Shown here: in pieces, positions 1 to 8,986 of the stretch | Position numbering within the stretch: the stretch's first letter is position 1 | Layout of the letters: each line of letters starts with the position of its first letter | NCBI GenBank assembly: GCA_013153605.1 | Contig: JAADED010000038.1 | Coordinates: forward strand, 7,968-71,967 | Direction: 5' to 3' | Source: Chlorobiota bacterium | Lineage (GTDB): Bacteria; Bacteroidota; Bacteroidia; Flavobacteriales; Flavobacteriaceae | DNA length: 64,000 bases | Program-made: the position numbers and the translations under genes | The notes under the pieces: model-generated | Databases searched by the model: none | The model's input: only the letters and a program-made list of their open reading frames with translations | Told to the model about the DNA's origin: nothing

Positions 1-141
1 GTATTGGGTGAAGGCAAGGTGGCGCAATTTACCACCCTTTCGTTCCCCGATATCGGATTTTACGTGGGATTGCTCGGTTTCTTGTTGACGCTGGCCGCCA
101 TTTACTTCAAGAAAAAATACATTCAAACGGCACACAACTGA
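1..141 (+). CDS. 3' end of a membrane-protein gene truncated by the window edge (possibly NosB-like, by position only)
   Basis: Frame 1 is open from nt 1 to TGA at 139-141. The tail GFYVGLLGFLLTLAAIYFKKKY is a TM helix followed by basic residues. It sits directly upstream of nosD. Confidence 0.35.
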   Translation, partial: VLGEGKVAQFTTLSFPDIGFYVGLLGFLLTLAAIYFKKKYIQTAHN

Positions 142-155
142 TCAAGCGGGATGCG

Positions 156-1499
156 GTGAGAATGAATCGATGGCTGATATGGATTCTGATTCCGGCCGGG
201 CTATGGGGCCAAATCGACCCCTCCTTTAAGCCCGGCTTGGAACATCCCGTGGACGGCGCCATGCGGGGAGTCAAAAAGATGATTCCTCTCCAACCCTTGT
301 TGGACTCCCTCAAGCCCGGAGACACCCTCAAATTGGAAAAAGGAATGTATTACGGGCCCGCCTTTGTGCGGACGCCCCGGGTGGTAATCGACGGACAAGG
401 AGTAGCCACCCTTAACGGGCGCGGCATCCGCTCTGTCCTTTATATCGAGGCCGACAGCGTGACCGTCCAAAATCTTCATATCATCAACAGCAACGACTCG
501 CCCGATAAAATCGACAGCGGAATTAAGTTGAAAAAGGTCAACGGATTTAAAATTTACAACAATAAAATCGAGGAGACCCTGTTCGGGATTGACGTCTTTT
601 GGAGCAAAAACGGCGAAATCCTTCATAACGAAATTACTTCCATGAAACGCAAGCCCAAAGGGCTGAAGGGGGACGGTATTCGTCTGTGGTATTCGGAAAA
701 CATCAACGTCCAGGAAAATTACTGGCACCATGTGCGCGACATGGTGGTGTGGTATTCGCAAAAAAACAAGTTTGTGGGCAATCTGGGCGACGGAAACCGC
801 TACAGCATCCATTTCATGTATTCTCACAACAATCGAATCTCCCATAATCATTTCAAAAATTCGTCCGTCGGCGTGTTTTTGATGTACAGCGAGCAAACCA
901 TCATGAACAACAACCTGGTGGAAAACTCCCAGGGCGTCACCGGCATGGGTTTGGGAATGAAGGAAACCTCGTCCAACCAAATTATTGACAATAAATTTAT
1001 TTATTCGGCCCGCGGCATTTACATCGACGTGTCTCCTTTTGTGCCTTGGAAAACCAATACCATCACCGGCAACGAAATCGCTTATTGCAATACGGCTATC
1101 GAATTTTTGCGCGACCAGGAAGGCAACCTCTTCCGCCACAACATGTTTCACGACAACCTCCAACAGGTATTCGTGCAAGGCGGCGGGGGAGCCAACCGCA
1201 ACAAATGGATTGAAAATTATTGGGACGATTACGCGGGATTCGACCGCGACGGGGACAATATCGGCGACTTCCCCCACCGAATTTACGAATATCACGCCCG
1301 GTTGTGGCGTTTTAATCCCAACGTCAAATTTTTCTACGGCAGTCCCATCCTCTCGGTGTTGGATTACCTGGAAAAATTGGCACCCTTTTCGGAGCCGCAA
1401 TTTATCCTGAAAGATCCGCGGCCCATTTTCAGCTTGAAAGAATTTAAAAAACAACGACAAAAACAATTGAATAATGGGAGGAAAACCGACAACGACTAA
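156..1499 (+). CDS. nosD: NosD, periplasmic right-handed beta-helix accessory protein for nitrous-oxide reductase maturation
   Basis: Has an N-terminal signal peptide and many parallel beta-helix repeats (I-x-N-N-x-I pattern). Contains the NosD-like block GNRYSIHFMYSHNNRISHN. Followed by nosF, nosL and nosY. Confidence 0.8.
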   Translation: MRMNRWLIWILIPAGLWGQIDPSFKPGLEHPVDGAMRGVKKMIPLQPLLDSLKPGDTLKLEKGMYYGPAFVRTPRVVIDGQGVATLNGRGIRSVLYIEADSVTVQNLHIINSNDSPDKIDSGIKLKKVNGFKIYNNKIEETLFGIDVFWSKNGEILHNEITSMKRKPKGLKGDGIRLWYSENINVQENYWHHVRDMVVWYSQKNKFVGNLGDGNRYSIHFMYSHNNRISHNHFKNSSVGVFLMYSEQTIMNNNLVENSQGVTGMGLGMKETSSNQIIDNKFIYSARGIYIDVSPFVPWKTNTITGNEIAYCNTAIEFLRDQEGNLFRHNMFHDNLQQVFVQGGGGANRNKWIENYWDDYAGFDRDGDNIGDFPHRIYEYHARLWRFNPNVKFFYGSPILSVLDYLEKLAPFSEPQFILKDPRPIFSLKEFKKQRQKQLNNGRKTDND

Positions 1500-2286
1500 C
1501 CGCAGGCAATTCCTCAAAGCCACCGCCACGGCCATAGTGTCGCTGACCGTGGTGGGCAGTGCGGCCTATTATTTGCGCGACAAGAGCAGTGTGCAAAAAA
1601 CCGGCATTTTGCGGCCGCCCGGTTCGGTGGACGAGGAAGATTTTCTCTACGCCTGCATCAAATGCGGATTGTGTGTGCAAATTTGCCCCGTTCACGCCAT
1701 TAAGCTGGCCGATTGGGATGCCTTCCTCTCTTACGGAACGCCCTATATAGATGCCAATGTGCAGGCATGCGATTTTTCGTGCGACGCCATCCAATGTGCC
1801 GAAACCTGTCCCACGGGTGCCATAGATTTTCAAATTTTTCGGCGTGCCGGAGATAGGGCTTACGAGCAATTACTCAAGCAATACGGCGGTCAAATTCCTC
1901 CCGATGTTAACCCCTTTGAAATTCAAATTATGGCCATGCGCCGGGTGGCCAATATGGGAAAGGCCGTCATCACCGACCCTCAGCAATGTTTGGCCTACCA
2001 CGGCAAGGGATACAGCGGCCCCTTGGGCAAACACCACGCCTTGCTTCGCCCGCCCGGAAGCAAGGAGCGTATCGATATAGCCGAAGTGCACGTGGAACGC
2101 GAAATTTGCGACCTGTGCGTGGCTTATTGTCCTTTAGGCTCCGAAGCCATCGAGCTTAAAGAAATCGGCAACGGCAAATACCTCCCCGAAATTAAAGACG
2201 GATGTGTGGGTTGCGGCGTATGTCAAATGTTGTGTCCCACCGATCCCAAGGCCATCGTGGTGGAACCCCGGGAAAAATTGGCTTAA
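1474..2286 (+). CDS. nosG: Tat-exported polyferredoxin, NosG/NapG-like
   Basis: Twin-arginine signal NRRQFLKATATA. Contains several Cys clusters, including CIKCGLCVQICP and CVGCGVCQMLCP. Overlaps the nosD 3' end by 26 nt. Confidence 0.7.
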   Translation: MGGKPTTTNRRQFLKATATAIVSLTVVGSAAYYLRDKSSVQKTGILRPPGSVDEEDFLYACIKCGLCVQICPVHAIKLADWDAFLSYGTPYIDANVQACDFSCDAIQCAETCPTGAIDFQIFRRAGDRAYEQLLKQYGGQIPPDVNPFEIQIMAMRRVANMGKAVITDPQQCLAYHGKGYSGPLGKHHALLRPPGSKERIDIAEVHVEREICDLCVAYCPLGSEAIELKEIGNGKYLPEIKDGCVGCGVCQMLCPTDPKAIVVEPREKLA

Positions 2287-2307
2287 CTTAATTAAAAACT
2301 CAGGCTT

Positions 2308-3315
2308 ATGTCGTTCATATTCGATTGGTTGACCGGTGACAAATCCCTCAAACCCCTCCCTCCCAAAAAGAAGGAAGACCTCCCTTACGTCAAAGAGGGA
2401 TTGAAATTTAACGAGTGGAAAGAAAAAAATCCCAATACCCACAAGTGGCGCAATCGCCGGTGGGCGTTTTTGATTTTTATCAACCTCCTTTTTATCGTCT
2501 CCTATCACATGGGATTGGGTATTTTGGAAGGGTCCCTCAGCGGCTCTCGTTTGTTGGGCATTTATTTGATGGATCCGTATAACTCGTCCCAGGAATTGGT
2601 CATTTCGTCCAAAACCGGCTTTATTTCCCACCTGACCACCAACTTTTGGATCGGCTTTTTCGTGATTCTCAGTTTCTATTGGCTGGTGGGCGGCCGCGCC
2701 TTCTGTTCGTGGGTATGTCCCTATCACTTTTTTGCCGAATGGGGCGAAAAGGTGCACGATTACATCCTCAAAAAACGCAAAATCCGCGAAAAGACTTACG
2801 ACATCACGGTCAAATACGTGTTTTGGATCGGCTTTTTGGTGGTGGCTTTTCTTACCCAGCAATTGGTGTTTGAAGATCTGAATCCGGTGGGCATCCTTTC
2901 CCGCTCCTTGATTTACGGCCCCGGATTGGCCACCATCTGGGTGGCATTGCTGTTGGCTTATGAAATTTTCGGTATCAAGCGTTTCTGGTGCCGCTACGTA
3001 TGTCCCATCGGAGTTACCTACAGTTTTGTGGGCGATCTTTCGCCTTTGAGCGTCAAGTTCGAATTGGACAAATGCGCCCATTGCCGCGATTGCCAGGACG
3101 TATGCTTGGTGCCCCACGAATTATGGTTCGTCAAGAAAGGGGCCGCCACGCGCGAAGTCCACTTTACGGGAGGCGATTGTACCAAATGCGGTCTGTGTAT
3201 CGACGTATGTTACAGCGGCGCCCTCTCCTTCGGTTTGAAAGACTGGACCACCAATCGTTGGGGATATAAAATCGCCACCAAAATGTTGAAGGGTAAACAA
3301 GCGGAACAAGGCTGA
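2308..3315 (+). CDS. nosH: Membrane-bound iron-sulfur protein, NosH/NapH-like
   Basis: Has TM segments carrying CSWVCPY and CRYVCPIG motifs, plus two C-terminal ferredoxin motifs (CAHCRDCQDVC, CTKCGLCIDVC). Its stop overlaps the nosF ATG. Confidence 0.7.
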   Translation: MSFIFDWLTGDKSLKPLPPKKKEDLPYVKEGLKFNEWKEKNPNTHKWRNRRWAFLIFINLLFIVSYHMGLGILEGSLSGSRLLGIYLMDPYNSSQELVISSKTGFISHLTTNFWIGFFVILSFYWLVGGRAFCSWVCPYHFFAEWGEKVHDYILKKRKIREKTYDITVKYVFWIGFLVVAFLTQQLVFEDLNPVGILSRSLIYGPGLATIWVALLLAYEIFGIKRFWCRYVCPIGVTYSFVGDLSPLSVKFELDKCAHCRDCQDVCLVPHELWFVKKGAATREVHFTGGDCTKCGLCIDVCYSGALSFGLKDWTTNRWGYKIATKMLKGKQAEQG

Positions 3316-3992
3316 TGGAAAAGAAAGCGTTAATCGAAGTAAAAAATCTGGTCAAGGAATTCAACGGGGTGCGGGTGATCGACGGGCTGACCATCAACTT
3401 TTATGCGGGCGACCGCGTGGCGCTGATCGGTCAGAACGGAGCCGGCAAAACCACCCTCATCCGTTGTATCTTGGGGCTTTATACCTTCGAAGGATACTTG
3501 CGCGTATTGCAAAAAAATCCCCGCACCGACCGGGAGGAAATCCTCCACCGGGTGAGTTTCGTGCCCCAATTGCCGCCGCCCTTGCGGATGACGGTGGAAG
3601 AAATCCTGGATTTGTTTGACGAAATCACCCGTTTGGACAAGGAAAAATTTTTCCGAATCGTTCGGGATCTGAAATTGGACATCGAAAACCACATGCAAAA
3701 ACCCTTTCTCAAATTGTCGGGAGGGATGAAACAAAAATTGTTGGTGGGATTGGCATTGGCCCGCAATCCGGGCATCCTGCTGATGGACGAGCCCACCGCC
3801 AACCTCGACCCCGAGGCACGTCGGGTGTTGGTGAAATATTTGGAACAATTGCCCGAAGATACCTTGCTTATTCTCAGCAGCCACCGGGTGAAAGAAATCG
3901 GTCACCTGGTAAACCGGCTGGTGGAAATGGATTTGGGCAAAGTGGTGGTGGACGAGCCCTACGATCCCGCAACCATGCAAGAAGAATGCTAA
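3315..3992 (+). CDS. nosF: ABC transporter ATP-binding protein NosF
   Basis: Walker A GQNGAGKTT, ABC signature LSGGMKQK, Walker B LLMDEPTANLD. Lies within the nos cluster. Confidence 0.8.
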   Translation: MEKKALIEVKNLVKEFNGVRVIDGLTINFYAGDRVALIGQNGAGKTTLIRCILGLYTFEGYLRVLQKNPRTDREEILHRVSFVPQLPPPLRMTVEEILDLFDEITRLDKEKFFRIVRDLKLDIENHMQKPFLKLSGGMKQKLLVGLALARNPGILLMDEPTANLDPEARRVLVKYLEQLPEDTLLILSSHRVKEIGHLVNRLVEMDLGKVVVDEPYDPATMQEEC

Positions 3993-4015
3993 TGAAATTC
4001 ATAAAACGATAAACC

Positions 4016-4561
4016 ATGAAAAAATTCATGTGGATTTTGACCGGTGTATTGATGTTGGCCGTAGCTTGTCAGCGAAAGGTGGATTTTTCGCCTCGTCAAC
4101 CCAATTACGACCGCGACGTATGCCATGTGTGCAAAATGGGCCTGACCGATTTGCCCTATAACGTGCAAGCCATCAATCAATACGGCGAAGTGCGGTGGTA
4201 CGACGACTTGGGTTGCTTGGCCGAAGACATCCGGGACGGTGATTTCAATCAATGGAAAGGCGAGAAATATAAAATTTGGATCCAGGATGCCGAAACGGGC
4301 GAATGGATCGATGCCGAAAAAGCGTGGTACCGCTTCGGCGACGAAACCCCCATGGGATACGGATACGGCGCACTCAAAGAGAAGAAAGACGACGGCGAAT
4401 ATTACGACTTCGAAACCGTACTCAAACGCATAGCCGAAGGCAAAACCAAACGAGCCGAATTTTTGAAGAAAAAGAAAATGTCGGTCAGCGGTCACGAAAC
4501 CGATGAAGGACAAATGAAATGTGCGCCCGGAAAATGCGGAGGCGGCGGAAAATGCGGATGA
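4016..4561 (+). CDS. nosL: NosL copper-chaperone lipoprotein with an extra Cys/Gly-rich C-terminal tail
   Basis: Lipobox LAVAC. NosL-type motif DVCHVCKMGL. C-terminal tail MKCAPGKCGGGGKCG. Lies within the nos cluster. Confidence 0.75.
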   Translation: MKKFMWILTGVLMLAVACQRKVDFSPRQPNYDRDVCHVCKMGLTDLPYNVQAINQYGEVRWYDDLGCLAEDIRDGDFNQWKGEKYKIWIQDAETGEWIDAEKAWYRFGDETPMGYGYGALKEKKDDGEYYDFETVLKRIAEGKTKRAEFLKKKKMSVSGHETDEGQMKCAPGKCGGGGKCG

Positions 4562-4579
4562 CGGAATAAACACCATTGT

Positions 4580-5428
4580 ATGAACACCCGTGCCAAGAAA
4601 AGAAACACCCTGATCCAAATACTCAAAACCGACATCCGGCAACATGTGCGTTCCAAAAGCTTTTGGATTTACAGCGCCCTGTTTGCCGGATTTGTGGCCG
4701 TAATGTTTGCCACCGGGATCACCGAATCCCAGGTGGTGGGCTTTGTGGGCCTGAGCCGCCTGATGATTACCTTCATGCAGGTGAGCATGGTGATTTTGCC
4801 CATTTACGTGCTGATTTCCACCGTCCGCTCCCTGGTGGGCGACCGCGAAAACGGGGTGTTGGAGTACCTCCTGTCGTTGCCCGTCTCTTTTTCCAGTTAT
4901 TATTGGGCCAAATTTTTCAGCCGCTTTTTCGTGATTTACGTGCCCGTATTTTTGGCCTTTTTGGGAGCGGCCCTGTGGGGATTGGTCAAAAAATTGGACG
5001 TACCTTGGGATTTGTTCGTGCTCTACAGCGCCCTGTTGGCGGTAATGGTCTTCTTTTTCCTCGGATTGAGCATGTACCTGTCGGCGGTGAGCAAATCTCA
5101 GGAAATGGCCGTGAGCACCGCCTTTATTATCTGGCTCTTCCTGGTGGCGTTTATGGATATATTATTAATAGGTATATTGCTCAAATGGCGCGTGAGTCCC
5201 GAGCCGGTGATTTGGACGGCCTTGCTCAATCCGTTGCAAGTGTTCAGGACGGGAAGCCTCATCCTGTTCGATCCCAAACTGACGGTCTTGGGACCGGTAT
5301 CTTATTACATTTTGGATACCGTGGGGCGTCCCGCCTTTATCGCCTATTCGCTCATTTATCCGGTGGTGACGGGCGGTTTGTTCGCCTGGTTGGGCCACCG
5401 CTATTTCAAAAACCATGACGTGGTATAA
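4580..5428 (+). CDS. nosY: ABC-2 type permease NosY
   Basis: Polytopic hydrophobic protein with about six predicted TM helices, in the nosD/F/L neighbourhood. Confidence 0.7.
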   Translation: MNTRAKKRNTLIQILKTDIRQHVRSKSFWIYSALFAGFVAVMFATGITESQVVGFVGLSRLMITFMQVSMVILPIYVLISTVRSLVGDRENGVLEYLLSLPVSFSSYYWAKFFSRFFVIYVPVFLAFLGAALWGLVKKLDVPWDLFVLYSALLAVMVFFFLGLSMYLSAVSKSQEMAVSTAFIIWLFLVAFMDILLIGILLKWRVSPEPVIWTALLNPLQVFRTGSLILFDPKLTVLGPVSYYILDTVGRPAFIAYSLIYPVVTGGLFAWLGHRYFKNHDVV

Positions 5429-6341
5429 ACCTTTGGTTTATCTTCTGGGATGTGCTTTAGCCGCATTCACGGCCGCATGCGACAAGGGGGAAGGCGGCGG
5501 CGTAGCCTCCGGCGTATCTGCCAAGGATACCATCCGGGTAAAAAAGTTGATGGAATTTCTCAGCCCCGCCGAAATCGATTCCATTATGCGGTTGCCGTCC
5601 GAAGTCAAACGCAGCCGCGGATTTCCGGGGTGGCCCATGGATTACGACGATTTTCGGGGCGATACGCTCGACAAAATTTATTGGGAAGGCGAACAAATAC
5701 GCCACGCCGATTTTCGGGGCGCCGTATTGCGCTCGGCCAAATGCGACAATTCCGACATGAGCGGCAGTGATTTTCGGGCGGCCGACATCCGTTGGAGCAA
5801 ATTTCATTACGCCACCTTGCGCAATTGCAATTTCGACCAGGCCAAACTCTTTCACGTCCAGTCCGATTTCGCCGATTACGGAGGGTCCACCTTCCGGGGA
5901 GCCAACCTCTTCGGCATGGAAGCCCATTACGCCAAATTTCCCGAATGCGATTTTACGGGCGCCCTTCTCAAGGATGCCGAATTCGTGGGTTCCGATTTTA
6001 CGGGTTCCAAATTTATCAAAGCCCGCCTGATCCGCACCGTTATGAACAAAACCAAGCTGGACAGTACCGATTTTTATAAAGCCGACCTCACCGGCGCCCA
6101 ATTCCAACACGCCACTTTCAAAGGGGCCCGGTTGCAATATGCCAATTTTCAGGGCACCCATCTGGAAGGAGCCGATTTCGAAGGAGCCGATTTGGAAGGA
6201 GTCAATTTTTACGGCGCCCGGTTTGACAAAACCAATTTTAAAGGAGCCAAAAACATTCCGCCCGCCATCCGACAGTTTATCGGAAAGGACGGATTGGCCA
6301 CGGGTAGCCTTCAGGAAATGTCGCACAATACCGCCGAATAA
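5415..6341 (+). CDS. Pentapeptide-repeat lipoprotein
   Basis: Lipobox FTAAC. A long run of A(D/N)LxG-type pentapeptides (ADFRGAVLRSAKCDNSDMSGSDFRAADIRWS...GADFEGADLEGVNFYGARF). Overlaps the nosY 3' end by 14 nt. Confidence 0.8.
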   Translation: MTWYKPLVYLLGCALAAFTAACDKGEGGGVASGVSAKDTIRVKKLMEFLSPAEIDSIMRLPSEVKRSRGFPGWPMDYDDFRGDTLDKIYWEGEQIRHADFRGAVLRSAKCDNSDMSGSDFRAADIRWSKFHYATLRNCNFDQAKLFHVQSDFADYGGSTFRGANLFGMEAHYAKFPECDFTGALLKDAEFVGSDFTGSKFIKARLIRTVMNKTKLDSTDFYKADLTGAQFQHATFKGARLQYANFQGTHLEGADFEGADLEGVNFYGARFDKTNFKGAKNIPPAIRQFIGKDGLATGSLQEMSHNTAE

Positions 6342-6438
6342 TACTTTTGTGTTAAAAAAGTTTAAAGTCGGGCATGATTTTTGAGGGGATCACAGGGAAC
6401 CCGCCCGGGGGGTAAAGTGCGGGTAGCGGAAAATGTCG

Positions 6439-6446
6439 TATATTTG
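6439..6446 (+). promoter_or_regulatory. Bacteroidota-type -7 promoter box (TAnnTTTG) upstream of rpmE
   Basis: Sequence TATATTTG, 27 nt upstream of the rpmE ATG. No clear -33 TTG was seen. Confidence 0.5.
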
Positions 6447-6473
6447 CATCCCGAAATAAAGACTTCAAGGATC

Positions 6474-6728
6474 ATGAAAAAAGGAATTCATCCCGAAAAC
6501 TACAGATTGGTGGCTTTCAAGGACATGTCCAACGGAGACGTATTTTTGATGTACTCCACCGCCGAAGCCAAAGACACCATCGAAATCGACGGCATGGAAT
6601 TGCCTCTTATTAAGGTGGAAATTTCCCGTACGTCCCACCCTTATTACACCGGCAAAATGAAGCTGGTGGACACCGCGGGACGTATCGATAAGTTTAGGAA
6701 AAAATACGCCAAGTACCGCAAGAATTAA
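6474..6728 (+). CDS. rpmE: 50S ribosomal protein L31, type B (Cys-less)
   Basis: MKKGIHPENY...SHPYYTGK is the L31 signature. No CxxC motif is present. The ORF-track start at 6381 is an upstream extension. Confidence 0.9.
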   Translation: MKKGIHPENYRLVAFKDMSNGDVFLMYSTAEAKDTIEIDGMELPLIKVEISRTSHPYYTGKMKLVDTAGRIDKFRKKYAKYRKN

Positions 6729-6804
6729 ACGGATTGTTGAAAAAGTGTTTTAGTATTCCGAAAATATTTATTAATTTGCACCGAGAAAAAATCATGAAAA
6801 TTCT

Positions 6805-8835
6805 ATGGCCATGAAAAAACATATACTTTTCGGGCTTGCCATCTTGGCCGCCGCAAGTGTAAAAGTGTACGCCCAGTTTGTCAATAACGGCAATCTGGTA
6901 ATTTCCAACAATTTTTCTTTGGTGGTAAGCCAAGGTGATTTTCAAAACAACGGTACCGTCACCATGAAAAACGACGGTAAACTTTATTTGCGCCAAGGTG
7001 ATTTGGTGAATGACGGAAACTTCGGAGATCCCACTTTGACCCAAACGGGACATGTATATTTCGACGGTACCGATGTGGTGCAAGAAATTCGCGGAGCCAA
7101 CGAACCTTATATTTATTCCTTGCATGCCGTACAAAGCGGAAATGCATATGTCGAACAAAAAATTAATGTAACCACTTACGCAATAGAAGTGGGAGATGCG
7201 GATAATATGTTTGACTATAAGGTAAAAGATCCTTCCACCGATGATATTAAGGGGTTGCGTTTGTATGCCGATGAGTTTACCTTAAACGGTAATTTGCGCT
7301 TGTATGATGATTCGCAAATCCTTCAAAAGGGCGACGGAATTACGGTGACCGGAAGCGGTAAAGTTTATCGCGATCAGATGGGTCATGGAAATAAGTATTG
7401 GTATAATTATTGGTGTTCGCCCGTAAACAGAGATGGAGAATGGAAGTTGGCTTACCTTATGGACGGACGTGACCCGGAAAATCCTCAAGACATTAATTGG
7501 GTGTATGAACGCGATGCCGATGGGGCCAACGAAGTGAACAGCGGTCAAAACCCCGCTAATTTGAACTCCGCATGGGTATATTATTTCCCCGCTGGTGGAA
7601 ACGATTACAATAACTGGCAATACATCGGTGATTCCGTGACTATTACACCCGGTTTCGGATATACGATGAAAGGACCGGATATTCAAAATGCCGCCCGTCC
7701 GGGTACTACCGGTCCCACCAATCAATTTAAAGCTTACACTTTTGCCGGATCCCCCAACGGAGGAACTTACACTTTTTCGCTTAATGCCGATGAAATCATC
7801 CTGTTGGGTAACCCTTATCTGAGTGCGTTTGATGCGAATGATTTTATTAATTATCACGATAATAACGTGTCCAATAAAGGCTTTAACGGCACCCTTTATT
7901 TCTGGGAACATGTGGACGGTAGCGATCACATTTTGCGTAACTATGTAGGAGGATATGCCACCTATAACCTCTCCGGAGGTTCTCCTGCGCGGGATTGGCA
8001 AACCGATTCAATCGTTGGAACCAAAGAACCCCAACGTTACATCCCCGTTGCTCAAGGATTTTTCTTGATGGCGGATGACGACGGCGGTACGATCGAATTA
8101 CGCAACGATTTCCAAGAATTCTATCGCGAAGACAATAACCAATCGGTCTTCATGCGTACTACCGATACGGACATTCGTATCAAATTTACCGATCCCGAAG
8201 GCTTGCAACGCGAATTGCTTCTGGCCGTACGCCCCGGTACGACGTTGGGATTCGATTGGGGATGGGACGGTCCGTTCTTCGGAGATTCTCGATATAGCGA
8301 CATGCATTTTGTGATAGACGATCGTAATTATGTGATTCAGGCGATTCCCGAACTTACCAGCGACTTGCGATTGCCGCTTCATATCTTTACCCGCACAAGC
8401 GGTAGTGTTCGCATTGAAGTGTCCGAATTGCTCAACGTGCCTTCGGATGTGGAAATGTACATCGAAGACACCCAAACCGGCATGACGGAACCTTTGACGT
8501 TGCAAAATGATTTCCGCACTTACCTCCAAGCCGGAGATTACACGAACCGATTCTATCTGGTGTTCCGTCCGGCCGAAACCACCAAAGCCGACGAGTTGAA
8601 CCAAAATGCCTTTACGGTGTACTATGCGGATGATATGATCCGTATTACGAATCCCGAAGGCATTCAAATCGACAGGGCTTACGTGTTCGACCTGACCGGC
8701 AAAGTGATCAAAGAAGCCGACCTCCACACGGATGCCAAACAAATCCAAGTGCCCGTATCGCTGAAGACGGGAGTGTATCTGTTGCAAGTCACTTCGGGTC
8801 ACAAGAAATTGGCTAAGAAATTCATCGTGGATTGA
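6805..8835 (+). CDS. Large secreted protein with a T9SS (Por) C-terminal sorting domain
   Basis: Signal peptide MKKHILFGLAILAAASVKVYAQ. The C-terminal roughly 80 aa fit the type-A T9SS CTD pattern (YVFDLTGKVI...GVYLLQVTSG...KKFIV). Confidence 0.75.
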   Translation: MAMKKHILFGLAILAAASVKVYAQFVNNGNLVISNNFSLVVSQGDFQNNGTVTMKNDGKLYLRQGDLVNDGNFGDPTLTQTGHVYFDGTDVVQEIRGANEPYIYSLHAVQSGNAYVEQKINVTTYAIEVGDADNMFDYKVKDPSTDDIKGLRLYADEFTLNGNLRLYDDSQILQKGDGITVTGSGKVYRDQMGHGNKYWYNYWCSPVNRDGEWKLAYLMDGRDPENPQDINWVYERDADGANEVNSGQNPANLNSAWVYYFPAGGNDYNNWQYIGDSVTITPGFGYTMKGPDIQNAARPGTTGPTNQFKAYTFAGSPNGGTYTFSLNADEIILLGNPYLSAFDANDFINYHDNNVSNKGFNGTLYFWEHVDGSDHILRNYVGGYATYNLSGGSPARDWQTDSIVGTKEPQRYIPVAQGFFLMADDDGGTIELRNDFQEFYREDNNQSVFMRTTDTDIRIKFTDPEGLQRELLLAVRPGTTLGFDWGWDGPFFGDSRYSDMHFVIDDRNYVIQAIPELTSDLRLPLHIFTRTSGSVRIEVSELLNVPSDVEMYIEDTQTGMTEPLTLQNDFRTYLQAGDYTNRFYLVFRPAETTKADELNQNAFTVYYADDMIRITNPEGIQIDRAYVFDLTGKVIKEADLHTDAKQIQVPVSLKTGVYLLQVTSGHKKLAKKFIVD

Positions 8836-8855
8836 TCCGCGGAAAAGTTTTTACC

Positions 8856-8889
8856 GCCGCCCGCCACCTACGTGGCGGGCGGCTTTTTT
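8856..8889 (+). terminator. Rho-independent terminator
   Basis: Perfect 12-bp GC-rich stem GCCGCCCGCCAC/GTGGCGGGCGGC, 4-nt loop, then TTTTTT. Confidence 0.85.
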
Positions 8890-8962
8890 ATATGGGTTCC
8901 ATTTTCCTTTTTATTATTTCCGTACTCATCATAGGATTACCCGCGGGGTGGCGAACTTTCGT

Positions 8963-8970
8963 TATATTTG
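8963..8970 (+). promoter_or_regulatory. TAnnTTTG -7 promoter box
   Basis: TATATTTG, 17 nt upstream of the ATG at 8987. Confidence 0.45.
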
Positions 8971-8986
8971 TTCATAATTTGTGCTT

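Noticed and set aside
201-1535. 444-codon ORF antisense to nosD. Similar long antisense ORFs occur at 25728-26783, 31787-32782, 32843-33913, 47385-48788, 50889-52079 and 58144-59400.
   Set aside because: All lie opposite confidently identified genes, mostly in the same codon register. They have biased, motif-free translations and reflect genome-wide avoidance of TTA/CTA/TCA rather than coding potential.
4576-5418. 280-aa alternative-frame ORF overlapping nosY on the same strand
   Set aside because: The translation is an Arg/Gly/Pro-rich off-frame product. The 4580 frame gives a clean polytopic membrane protein fitting NosY.
5457-6326. 289-aa antisense ORF and several same-strand off-frame ORFs within the pentapeptide-repeat gene
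   Set aside because: These are a consequence of the repetitive, compositionally biased coding sequence. Only the 5415 frame has a lipoprotein signal and a regular pentapeptide pattern.
6381-6473. N-terminal extension of the L31 ORF. Analogous extensions occur at 14088-14156 for tsf, 17610-17639 for rpsL, 54256-54297 for the TPR protein and 59298-59390 for the helicase.
   Set aside because: The canonical family N-termini begin at internal ATGs. The extensions overlap promoters or upstream genes and start at non-ATG codons or add non-conserved residues.
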